A stretch of 63,530 nucleotides of DNA, filler included, from Nemertoderma westbladi (Eukaryota > Animalia > Xenacoelomorpha): NCBI GenBank assembly GCA_032718475.1. It is 4 parts of 4 records of this genome, joined end to end, with 100 filler letters (N's around TTAATTAATTAA, not from the genome) between each part and the next. Parts side by side here need not be neighbours in the genome. Positions count along the whole stretch, not along the records: positions 20,437 to 44,731 come from JAUCBJ010008026.1; 3 more parts are not named here. One strand, given 5' to 3'. Numbering within the stretch: position 1 is the stretch's first letter; the number at the start of each line of letters is the position of its first letter. Positions 27,424-38,400 of the stretch are shown piece after piece. The translations under genes and the position numbers were made by a program. The notes beneath the pieces are model-generated. The model was not told the DNA's origin and searched no databases. It saw only the letters and a list, made by a program, of their open reading frames with translations.

Positions 27424-29130
27424 CTACATACACTTGGGTCTCTGGGGTAGACACAAGTTATAGTAGGCGGTTTGATCCCAGAAGTCCTGCCCCTTCCAAC
27501 CACACCAACCCTTAGCGACTATAACCTTGACGGAGTCCTCCCCGTTGTAATGCGGGTCGAGTATCAACCACTTGACTTGGGTGCGCGATTCGCCGCCCCC
27601 CTCCAGTAGGTGGACCCCCACAATAGTGTGCGCGTATTGGCCCCCTCCCACCATCACGGGGGTTCCTTCAGTCTGGAAGTGTCTCGCCAACTCCCCGCCA
27701 CGCTCGGACATTCCGGAGCCGGACGAGATGTGGAGGATCTTGCAGACGAACCCGTAGACCTGATCGAGAACGGTGGACACCTCAAACGATCCGATCCACC
27801 GTCGACAGCCTACGAACTCGGGCGGTTTGTCCCCGGCGGCGACCAGCGCTGTCTGTATCTCCCTGTGGGTGACCACCGCGCGGTCCGTGTAGCCCTGTAG
27901 GAGGTACCAGCTGGCCAGCGTCTGCGCCGATCTGTAGGCGCAACCCCATCCCGCGTCCTCCATCCCGTCCTGCCCGTAGTGGTAGTAGGCGCAGCTCCCG
28001 GACACCAGTCGCCGGACGCCGCCCTGCATCCCGGACGGCCGTGCGTTCGAGTGGACGTCGACGAGATGGGATGCCACTGGGCTCCTCCGGAAGAGGCTCT
28101 GGTTCCTCCGGAAAAGAGGCCTATCCCCCGGGAGTACGAAGACGGAGTGCAGACGGCGTCGGACCGACAGCATATCGGCGTCGGAACACCCGCGCACACA
28201 TACTACTGACACCGGATGGAGTAGAAAGTCCCGCGGGAAGAAGTGGAGAACCTCCGGGACGATGTAGTTGAGTCCGTCGATGGAGTCGTCGATAACCTCC
28301 GCCATGCGGGTCAGCTGGGAGACAATCCCATCGACGACCAGTCGACGGATCTGCGGGAGAGAAGAGCCCTTCCGCGCAACGACCAGGAGGTCAACGTCGA
28401 GCGGGATGGAGATAAGCGAGGATGAAGGGGAGAGAGATGAGTATCGGGCCACCGGGGAATAGTTGGGAGTCGTGTGGGGAGAGAAGAAGATATCGAGGTT
28501 GACTGGGTCGTTGAGACCGGCCAGCACGTCGGCGATATCCTCTGAGTCGTCGTCGCCCCGCAGGTAGATACCTGAGTCGGATATCCGGTAGACGGCGTCC
28601 CGACAGCGCGCGACGAGGCGATCCACGGCGGCGTACAGACTCCCGAGATTCTCCTCCACCGCGGGACAGACGGGGAACCGGAGTTCCAACCGGGCGCGGA
28701 GTCGCAGCAACCGGTTGTCCTCCCGGAGCGGGTCCCGGTCGAGGGGTTGCTGCGACTCGCAGGTGTAGAGGCGCTCTCCGTCCGTCTCCAGGAAGGTGAG
28801 ACGACGGTCCTCGGAACGACAGGCGAGGAGTCCCGGTGTCGTCGGGACGTCTTCCGAGTCGGAGGAGAACCAGAATCCAAGGATCTCGATCCCCGGAGGG
28901 AGGAGTTCCCGGATGGCGGAGACGTCGTCCTGTTCCGAGTCCGAAAGCGATGCGGTCGCCGCCGTCACCTCCACGCGACGGGCCTCGCGATCCCACTGGC
29001 CCAGCAGAAGACCGCGGGCGGCGTCGTCCAGTCCCGTCAGTCTACCGACCACGCTCGGGTTGCTAAGGACGACGACGGTCCGAGGTCGGCCGGGGTCTGT
29101 CGGCGGCGAATCGCGGACGCGGGAAAGCAT
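27424..29130 (-). CDS. UFSP2: UFM1-specific cysteine protease 2 (peptidase C78) with long N-terminal region, intronless, 568 aa from first ATG
   Basis: Catalytic signatures YYHYGQD, GWGCAYRSAQT, WIGSFE, PVMVGGG and LILDPHY, with the terminus YYNLCLPQRP. First in-frame ATG at 29130; the frame is open to 29280 without another ATG. Confidence 0.92.
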   Translation of the reverse strand: MLSRVRDSPPTDPGRPRTVVVLSNPSVVGRLTGLDDAARGLLLGQWDREARRVEVTAATASLSDSEQDDVSAIRELLPPGIEILGFWFSSDSEDVPTTPGLLACRSEDRRLTFLETDGERLYTCESQQPLDRDPLREDNRLLRLRARLELRFPVCPAVEENLGSLYAAVDRLVARCRDAVYRISDSGIYLRGDDDSEDIADVLAGLNDPVNLDIFFSPHTTPNYSPVARYSSLSPSSSLISIPLDVDLLVVARKGSSLPQIRRLVVDGIVSQLTRMAEVIDDSIDGLNYIVPEVLHFFPRDFLLHPVSVVCVRGCSDADMLSVRRRLHSVFVLPGDRPLFRRNQSLFRRSPVASHLVDVHSNARPSGMQGGVRRLVSGSCAYYHYGQDGMEDAGWGCAYRSAQTLASWYLLQGYTDRAVVTHREIQTALVAAGDKPPEFVGCRRWIGSFEVSTVLDQVYGFVCKILHISSGSGMSERGGELARHFQTEGTPVMVGGGQYAHTIVGVHLLEGGGESRTQVKWLILDPHYNGEDSVKVIVAKGWCGWKGQDFWDQTAYYNLCLPQRPKCM

Positions 29131-29131
29131 A

Positions 29132-29740
29132 TCAGAAGACGTCCGGGACCAGACCGATAACAATGATAAGACCCATAAACATAACGAGAAGGATAAAGGG
29201 AGTGAGAAGACCCCAGACAGGCCACAGACCGACAACGCAGCAGAAAGAACCAAGGATAAAGGTTGCGGTGGCAACGGGAATTAAATATGGATAACTTAGT
29301 TCCCAGTCGTCGGTGGATATCTTCCAAATCCAGGAACAAACGACGATAAAGAACGCGGCTATGATAATATTTATTGCGATTAATCCGACGCCAATATAAA
29401 ACCAGGTGCGATCGATACGGGGATCAGTTTTGATAGCAACTGCAAAATCGGTGTAATAAAAGACAGCTATTGATGCTAGAATCCACAATACGGAAGTTGT
29501 ACCGTTGTAGACCTTGTTGGGTATTCTATTATCCTCGGTGGCCTCGTCCTGCAAGGCGCGTCTGTAAATATCTGCTATTCGCCTCTTGCGTTGCGCAACT
29601 TCGTCGTCAACAATTTCAGTAGATCTATCGCTATCGTTACCGGTATTGGTTTTCTCGAACTCAGGGCTTATACTTTCAGTCTCTTGACTGCGTTTATTAA
29701 TCGTTCTTCTAATCAGTGGCGACTCATCAGTAATACTCAT
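29132..29740 (-). CDS. TMEM128: TMEM128-like four-pass membrane protein, intronless, 202 aa
   Basis: WILASIAVFYYTDF, YPYLIPVATATF and LWPVWGLLTPFILLVMFMG match remembered TMEM128 motifs (WILASI..YY.DF, YP.LIP, LW.VW...TP...FMG). Four hydrophobic segments. Confidence 0.85.
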   Translation of the reverse strand: MSITDESPLIRRTINKRSQETESISPEFEKTNTGNDSDRSTEIVDDEVAQRKRRIADIYRRALQDEATEDNRIPNKVYNGTTSVLWILASIAVFYYTDFAVAIKTDPRIDRTWFYIGVGLIAINIIIAAFFIVVCSWIWKISTDDWELSYPYLIPVATATFILGSFCCVVGLWPVWGLLTPFILLVMFMGLIIVIGLVPDVF

Positions 29741-29825
29741 TATGTCATCCAGACATTTAATTTAATTTAATATGTTCATTGCTAAATACTTACCGGTACT
29801 GCTGTACTGGTGCGTATCGGTCCGG

Positions 29826-30566
29826 TGTAACAGGAAAATATGCCCCCCCCGGGAAATGTGCCCGGGGGGGCATATTTTCCTAGGAAAAAATGCCCCCCCT
29901 TAGGAAATTATGCAATATACATTATTATGCATTATACAATAAACAAAACTTATTACTACTAAAACTTACAAAAATTATACAAAACAATAAACAGTCACTT
30001 TACCAAATGAAGGAAAGGAGCAGGTTACAGAGGCAGGCCTTTCTAATCAAAACAATAAACGATCATTTAACTAATTGAGGGAAAGGAGCAGGTTACAGAG
30101 GCGGGATTTTCTAACCTAAACAATAAACAGTCACTTTAGCAAATCAGGGAAAGGAGCAGGTTACAGAGACGGGATTTTCTAACCAAAACAATAAACGATA
30201 ACATTACCAATTGAGAGAAAGGAGCAGGTTACAGAGGCGGGATTTTCTAACCACAACAATAAACAATCACTTTACCAAATCAGGGAAAGGAGCAGGTTAC
30301 AGACCGGTACCGTACTATTCTTCCAACTATTACAAGTTCTGCAGTTGGTAGATTAAAAGTGGCTACCAGCAGACCGGTATCGTACCAGTTTTCAGACTTT
30401 TGAGGGGGGCTAATTTTCCTGAGGGGAGGCATTATTTCCTAAGGAGAAAATGCCCCCCCGGGCTAAATTTCCTAGGAAAAATTGCCCGGGGGGACATAAT
30501 ATCCTAGGAAATAATGCCCCGGGGGGCATATTCCTGTATTCTGGGGGGGCTGATTTCCTTGTGACA
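29826..30566. mobile_element. non-autonomous Ginger-like DNA transposon (MITE)
   Basis: TGT...ACA termini, imperfect TIRs (TGTAACAGGAAAATATGCCCCCC / GGGGGGCTGATTTCCTTGTGACA) and a CCGG duplication at 29822-29825 and 30567-30570. About five internal ~65-bp GGAAAGGAGCAGGTTACAGA repeats; relics of this unit also occur at ~16250-16300 and ~50390-50440. Confidence 0.75.
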
Positions 30567-30633
30567 CCGGTCAGCATATTTCCAATTCTGCAATTGGGGT
30601 GTCGTTTCAGCCTATGGAAGTATTTCTGGGCTT

Positions 30634-30674
30634 CTGATTGGCTGTTCCTTCTATAAGCTCACCTCATTGGCTAA
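30634..30674 (-). promoter_or_regulatory. paired CCAAT boxes, candidate TMEM128/UFSP2 promoter
   Basis: Minus strand reads TAGCCAATGAG and CAGCCAATCAG about 30 bp apart, just beyond the MITE. Confidence 0.4.
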
Positions 30675-31124
30675 CACTCTCCCATAGCCAAAAGATGTGT
30701 CGGTTCAGTTCAGCCCAATTGCCAGAAGGGGTGTCGCTTGGGGAAAATCACTTTTATTACTGTATTACTTGTAAATTGTACCTAGGCCTGCCTACTCCTT
30801 CCGTACAGCCGTATTAAACCTGTAAACAGGTAAATCACAATTATTTCTGTATTTTGTCATATTCACTATTAAACAGATAAATCACAATTACTTAGTCACA
30901 TTCACTAATGTCTGGTGTTATTTGTTACCACACTATTTGTATTGGGTTTAGTTACTGTAATTAACAAATACTACTGCCATATATAATTATATTATATATT
31001 AATTCCGGTTGGAGGATCCGAGGATGGTGTCAATAAAGGGAAATACTTGTCATTAGTTTATTAGTTTTTGTTTAAGTATGAAGGGAGTTTGAAAGATGTC
31101 GTTCGAGGCGAATACATATTAAAA

Positions 31125-32470
31125 TCAAGTTATATTGGTGTTCGCGCTTTTGAAGACCTTTAGCAGTTTAACCTGCCAAAATTTATATGTCTTTTAGTTA
31201 ATTAACACACCTTTAGCATACGACAATATTTTATGCTAATAAACAAAACATTAGCCGAAGCCAGCCCATGCGCGATCATTCACCCGATGGATCTACACCC
31301 GGGAGGCTGAATTCGGATGCTTAGATTTTATTATTGCAGTGTAAGGTTGCAGTGTAAGCTTACTGTATTATTCGATTGATCGCTAATATGTAATTTCTGA
31401 CAGATATTATTAACTTTCGGGAAATATTAACAGTTCCTTTAGGACGTGGCGCTCTATCTATTTAAACAGAGCTAGGACTTATACTAAACGCAACGATAAG
31501 GCTTATGATTAAAGTATAAGTCGCATTCTTTAGGAAATGCTTTGTTACCAGTCACATCACACTCACAATCATGCACACTATTCTGCCGACAGTCAGTATA
31601 TTTGATCACACATAAAGAGAGCAGTAATTGACTCACGTAGTGTCTACTAAATAACATTAGATTCAATACACACCACATTGATATAAATCGCAATTGTTAT
31701 ATATAGCCCGCCTCTCTAACCTGTAGTGTATCAAGAAAATTGGGAATTTGGGGTGATTTATCCGTATTCTCCAAAGAGCAATATTTCCATCAACAAATAG
31801 ATACAATTAATAACTGACGGTAAATAGCAGTACAAACAATATGATTAGTGCAGTTAAATTAAGTGAGGTAACACCGCCGGTAACAGTTATACTTTCTATA
31901 ATCTAAGCAGTTTACTAGAGTTCTTCCCAAAAAGCCGGTGTTTCTGGCTTAGACAGCAATAACAACAAAGTATCAAGTAAGGCAGTAAGACTGAACACTC
32001 TCCTTATGATCGGCTGAAAAGCTTGATAGCTAATTTTCCTATTCCTGATAATTTCCTCAGGCTGGGTGAATGAGGATGTCTGGGTACCGAAATATGTTAT
32101 GTTAAATTTTATTAAGTAAGTCGATACGTCGACAGGAAAAATCGCTCTGATTGGCTCAAGCCAAACAAAGAACCATGCATCCAATGGCTGTTTCCATGTC
32201 AGCAACCAGCTGTTAGATGTCGTAATATGAATCATCACGGCTAAGCTGTGAAAGGTAGTTGGTGCATTACAGGTTTTTTGCCTTACCATGTCCGCCAAAA
32301 CACGTATATAGCAGAATGACTTTTATGTCCGTTAAAACACCTGTAACGGTACCTTGCGGGCGAGGGGAATATATATACAGTTAGAGAACCTTTTTAGAGT
32401 ATTCCAGCGCCTGGGGGAAACTGGATTGCGAAGCAAAAGGGGCCAGTTATATCCCACAGAAGCTTTTACA
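31125..32470 (-). repeat. 3' LTR-like repeat of the Pol-less BEL/Pao element
   Basis: Diverged direct repeat of 40830-42029. Both copies begin TGTAAAAGCTT on the minus strand, and this copy is preceded by PPT-like GGGAGCGG. Shared CCAATCAG. Distal end not defined. Confidence 0.7.
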
Positions 32471-32846
32471 CCGCTCCCAGAAAATGGGATTTAAGTCTAT
32501 AAAATATACAAAATCACAGTTTCTAAAATATAAAAATACTCTAAACAGTTAGTCTTTCATGCGCGGACGGCGTTTACGCAGTTTTTTAAAGCTAGCCAGA
32601 GTCTTTTTCTCTTTGGGGCGAGCCACTTTACAAGGAGGGCTATAACTCCTGGGTGAAGGGTGCAACATGATTGCATCAGAGGGTATAGTATTATGGTCGG
32701 TGTATCCGCCAGTCGAAGTGCCGAGTTGATTGACATCAACGTCGGGGGAGAGGGTCTAACGGCTTTGAGAGCTCGTTTCAAGACAGCCGCTCTTACGGGT
32801 CCTTTACGAGTGGTCTGAATGAGGGCCGTGGGTAGACCATAGGCAG

Positions 32847-33843
32847 TTAGAAACTTCCTTGGTTTAATGGTTCTTTCCAACTCGCGTTCGCGGGCTCGGT
32901 ACTCGTAAGGCCGTCGATATACTTCCTGTAACTCGATATGCGTGATTTCTGTTCGACAGAAGCGAATAGATAAGGATGGAACGCATAAATTCCTTCGTAA
33001 GCGCGTCCAGGATAATAGCGATGGCGCGAATCACGATGTAAATCAGCGTTCGCTTCCCAAGCTCTAATGTAACGTATTGTGATCATTTCATCTACGCTTT
33101 CCAAATCGCGATTAAAAGGGCAATCGAAACTGGCGTGTCCCTTTAGTGGACAGTGGTGACATTGAGTCATAAATTGAGGGCAAACCGCAAAAATATGCAA
33201 ATTATTAAATCTGCAATACGCTCAATAAATTTCCATCGCCGGTTGTTCGTGGAAATAGGAACAGCGGACGTTTGTGTCCATGGGCGTAACATGGTCTCTC
33301 GATGCGCATAACCGACAACGTTGCCGAGAAACATAGTTGGCATGGCGATAATCGTACGCAGTGAGACACTGTGGACCTTGATACCATTCTAGGATGTAAT
33401 CGTTGTCGCTGTTCCGAGCGCGATAGGCTGAATCTCCTCAGATTCTAGGCATATTGGTTCGTGTTCGGCTTCCCAGTCTGTTACGAATAGAATTTTCGTG
33501 ATCTATTCTCGGTTTATCGTTACGACTCCGCTGGGTATGATATTTAAATAGAACCATTTCCCTTTAGGGTGTCTACATCGTCCGTATCATGTAAATCGAT
33601 AGGATGGCCGGTAGTTAAGAAGTCCATATACGTACCATTACGATGCGTATAGCGAGCGGTTAATTTTCGATAGTCCAATTCACGCGTAAGTTGCTCTTGG
33701 GACATCGGCGGTTCGATATAACGACCATCGTCCTCCGTAATAGTCGGATCGGCTTCACCGCGTATCAAGCTATCCACAAACGCTTGTAAAGGTAGAGTAT
33801 ATCGCTCTCTAATACCAAGGTCATCTTCTATTAATTCCGTCAT
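32847..33843 (-). pseudogene. decayed accessory ORF with three CCHC-type zinc knuckles
   Basis: One frame reads CRLCASRDH...C, Y*AYCRFNNLHIFAVC (stop at 33222-33224 where a Cys would fit) and CHHCPLKGHASFDC. It may join the ATG ORF 33544-33843 through frameshifts. Confidence 0.55.
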
Positions 33844-35461
33844 ATCTGCTATCTGAGTTTATTAATATTAGTATGAGTCAATATTTAGGCAAGCGGGCGT
33901 CGCTGCCTACTAGTCTTTGACCCCGGACAGTGGGTTTCTCAGCGCCGATGTACCGTTGTCGCGGTGTTTGCGCCAACATGTAGCAACAGCACGACAACGA
34001 TAATCGACACAAGTCCCACCACTGTCCGTCCCAAAGGCTTGAATCCACTTGAGGTTATCTCGGTAGAGTTAGGCTACTTTACAATTGCGATTAGCTACTG
34101 TAAACACACTTTAGTAGTATCATTCACCTATAAACGCACAAATTCCATACAATCATTACTTATTGCACACATGCATGCCATTTGTCCGTTAGTCAGTGTC
34201 TTCCAGAATGTCACGTTATTACTATGTATCCTTGGATACTAATAGTGCGCTATGTATACTCTTATGCTACGCAATGGGGCAAGCTTTTATTGGTCCTTTA
34301 ACTTGTTTCTAATTCTAGCGTGGGTGTTGCCATGGTGACATTATGGAAAACTAGCGGTAGAATTAGGGCAATCCTCATGCATACAGATCTGGGATGTTAT
34401 TTAATAGTAATTCTTTAATTGTCAATATCCTCTTTATGCATGATTTTATAAATTTTATCGGCTATTGACTATATGTTGGAGATTCTCACACTCTAGTACA
34501 CTCAATATGAATCTCCGCTCCCATGATCTATTAATTACTGGAATTTTGGGAATGTTATAAATTGTACAAAATGACAATTTATGAAATTCATTTGAATATG
34601 AATTTAAATTTATTCCCGTGAATTTTATTATTTGCTATTAAATTGACACAATTTGATTCCAGAGCAGGTCTGGGGACATAGGATCCTTAATTCTATGAAA
34701 TTTGTCTTTTAAGAGTATCGGTAAGTGCTACGATATCTTAATCGACTAGAATTGTTAACGGATCTGAATTTTACAGATTTTAATAAATATTAAATTAATA
34801 TTTAGGATGGGCACCGATTTATTCCAGAACTTGTCTGGGGACGTTAACCACTGATTCTAGAATTTGTCTTTCAAGTATATCGGTGGGTGCCACGATATCT
34901 TAATCGACTAGAATTACAGATGGTCAAAAGATTTAACAGCTTTATTTGCGTTTTACGCTACTGTTAGAGGGACATCACGCTACTATATGTATTATTTGTT
35001 ATAAGGTAGAAGAGCAATATCGCACGAAGCAATGTCAGTGTGAAGAGGCAAGTCGTTTCCAAGGTCTACCCAGAGCTTGGTTTAGCCGAGACACGAGGAT
35101 CTGAACTTTGCATTCCTAATACTCTGCCTACCAATAATACTTAAATATAGTAGTGGCTTTATTGTACTTTAAGAAGTACTGACATGTCATCTTACTATAG
35201 TCTCGCATTTATAATATAATACGGACAGTAAGGAAAGAGAAAATAATTACTTCTTGCCGTCGCACTAAATATATTGTAAGTAATTAAATACGTAATAAAC
35301 ACTAATATATTGCACTAATTTACTAAATAATCCCTAAAATAACATTCTACCAAATAAAATTAAAGAAAACGATTATAATAATATTACATAATAATACATA
35401 CATAAATATAAAATAAAAACAAATATAAAATGATATAGTCACACACCCACTCCATATGTTA

Positions 35462-38400
35462 TTACGTTATGGAGTCCCTAGATATTTGTCGGATTAGGGA
35501 AGTGGTCGTAGGAAGAGTATCTTGCCTTCCATAGTTTCCGGACAGTTTTTGGTCTCTTTCCAGTAAACATAAACGACCAGCTGGGTGATTGGGTTGTCGT
35601 GTTACTTTCTCCGCTCCCTTGGCCTGTCTACTCTCCGCCGTGGTAAGATGAGGAGGCCATTCATCTTCTTCTTTATTTAGGGAGTCGGGTCCACCTAACC
35701 AGCCGGGAGTATCTATCCGTTCTTGAGGAGTCGCTCCTCTGGAAGCGATGTCGGCTAGATTAATCATCTCGGGGCGATGTCTCCATTGATCTTCATTGGA
35801 GTTAATATCGTCATTATCTGAGGAGTATGGTGTTCCCTCAGTTAGTTCGTCCACTTCACTGCTCTCCACTTCCAAACCATTTATCTGGTATAGTCTTTCT
35901 GATGGTAGTCTCTCTTCGAGAGTTCTGCGGGAAGGACCAGTAAAGTACCAACCTACTCTAGTTCTTACCGCATAGGTTTGTAGTGGCTGCGGTTGAGCAG
36001 GTCGTTTTTCCAATGTCTCGAGCGCCTCATGCGCGTTTTGGCCGATGAGGATTTGCACTCCAGGATAATCGGTTTGGAATCGAGGTATCTCAAGATGTTG
36101 GATGCACTCGTCCTCGTCCCAGTTATAAGGTTCTGCTTGAGTAGTAGCAAAGTTCTTTATGGCCACCATTTTTACTGACCTTATACCTTGTGTTCCTAAC
36201 TTATCCTGGGGGGTGGACAACACACCTACATAGTAATCTGCCGTTAGGGTAGATTTCCAAACCTGCATAATTCCTGACATATTCAATTTAGTCCGGAACT
36301 TGGGTTGTCCAGCAAAGATATCTTCGGCTAGTTCTTGATTGATGAATGTTCCTGTGCTGCCGGAGTCAAGGAGGGCGTTCACTATGTAGCTTTTGTTAAG
36401 ACCGTGAACTCTTACTTGAACTACAGGAAATTCTCTGATTCCTACGTTGGAAGCTGGAGCTTTCCAAGATGGTTGTTTGGCGAAAGTAGTTGGGGGAAAC
36501 TCATCGTTGATGTCCTTTTCGTAAGTAAGTGCTCGATACACTGCGGTATTTATTAGATAACAGGATTCGTTGGCATCGGAGAATTCGTCCGTATAGAATC
36601 CTTCCCACTCAGAACTTTGGTCAGTGTCGTTCACATCACTGAATTGGACATGTGATTTGGGCTCACTTACCTGACTCGGGCTGTTTCGTTCGAATTCCGT
36701 GTGTAACAAGCTATGATGTTTCGCGCCGCACTTAGCACACCTTGCGTCAGAGTAACAGGTTCGCCGCTGGTGTCCGCGTCTGAGACAGTTATAACATAAC
36801 CGCTTATCCCACAGGACTCCACGTCTATCTGCCATGGATTTCTTTAGGAATTCTGCACACGCACTCAAACGGTGGGGCCCGTCGCACAACGCACATTTTG
36901 GTTTGATGTTACTCACCTTAACTTGGTTAACGTTCTGCACTCTCGTTCTTTCTTCGGGCTTTCTTCCGTGAATTCTCTTAGGAGACGTAGGAGGAGTTGT
37001 TGTTACCTGTTCTCTCCTGTCACTGGTTCGAGACTTGTATTTACTTACGTCTTTATAGGTCTTGTTGTCATAGTAAGATCGTTCGGTGTCTTTCCCGCTG
37101 TCCTCTTCTTGAGAAGCTTGGCTTTCGCCGTCGTCAGTATAACACACTGGTATTATCCTTCTCCTAGAAACGGGTTTCTCACTTACCTTATTTTCCGATG
37201 TTTTCTCTCTGGACTGCCTTATGAGTTGTAATTTTACTTCACTATCTAAGAAGGACATGAGATCAGCCATGGTAGGGCTTCGGCGTTGTTGTTCATTCAT
37301 GTACAACACTTTCTTGTCCCAGCGCGTACATACTCCACCCTTTGGTAAAGTAGAGACTACGGCTCCAATGACCATGGAACTCTGATATTCATGCGACTTA
37401 CCTAACCAGTCCAGTTGTCTACAGATCTCTTGAATTTCATCGGAAAACTCTATAATCCCGCTACTAAGGAAGTGTCGGGGGGCTACTAATTTTGCATACA
37501 AATACTTAGCTATGTTATCCTTGTTACCATACCTGATGTTTAATGTATCCCAAACTTGTCTTAATCCATCTGGATGTCCAATAAACTTTAACGCCATTAA
37601 CTTGGGAGGTCCTTCCAAGCACTTGATGAGGAATCTAAGTTTTTCTCCGTTAGATAGTACAGAGTTCTGTATGCTATCTTTGTAATATTCGTTGAAAGGT
37701 AACCATTTCATCTCATCTCCATTGAATTTGACGATCTCTCCCACTTTGACCGCTTGGCGGGCTTCTGTTCTAGCCATCTGACGCGTAAAGCTTTCTTGGG
37801 CCATCGTGTTATTTAATATCGAATTATCGGTATATAAATTTCTCGGATCATTATCAGGTCTATAGGGAATGTCATTAATAACAGGTCTATAATCACCCTT
37901 AATAGGGTTTGCTATAGGAGTTTCTACTTCACTAGCAGTATAGATGCGTGTAGGCTCCACACCTTGCGCATGTAATACTTCAGACCTAACAGGTTGACAC
38001 AATGTTACAGGGGGTATTGGTATGCCCTTTTGGATATTGACTAATTTGTCGCGTTCTAGTGCGATACTTTGCTGCACTTCTTGCAACTCTGCTCTACCTT
38101 CCCTCACTGTTCCCTTAAGTTGGTGGACAGTCTCCTGCATCTGTCCTAGCAGGAGATTCATCCCCCGCCGTCCCTCCTCTACCCACTCAACCGCCGAAGC
38201 GGGAGTCGCCAACATAGTAGCGGGCTGACGCGGGACGACGGGAGACAAATTATTGATTTCTCTCTCTGCTATCTGGACAGGGGTATTTGCATGGACTGTT
38301 CCACCGGGTACAGGCAGTGTAGTACTATGTAAAGGGAATTTAGAGTTAAGCTCTGGAAGTACAGGGGTCTCTAACACAGAAGTGACTTTGGGAACGACTC

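Noticed and set aside
27572-29284. Many overlapping and antisense ORFs within UFSP2
   Set aside because: Expected shadow ORFs in GC-rich coding DNA; no recognisable motifs.
31003-31030. PBS-like GGATCCTCCAACCGGAAT (minus) beyond the left LTR-like repeat
   Set aside because: Only loosely resembles BEL primer sites, lacks the TGG start and is followed by no gag; cannot be supported without host tRNAs.
35300-35452. Alternative 3' LTR starting at TGTGAC right after the Gag-PR stop
   Set aside because: No matching upstream copy of TGTGACTATATC was found, whereas the TGTAAAAGCTT pair has two copies.
37120-37140. Minimal hammerhead-like core CTGACGA-CGGC-GAAA on the minus strand
   Set aside because: Lies in Gag coding sequence (YTDDGES), no flanking stems evident, and the core is not conserved in the paralog at ~20055-20070.
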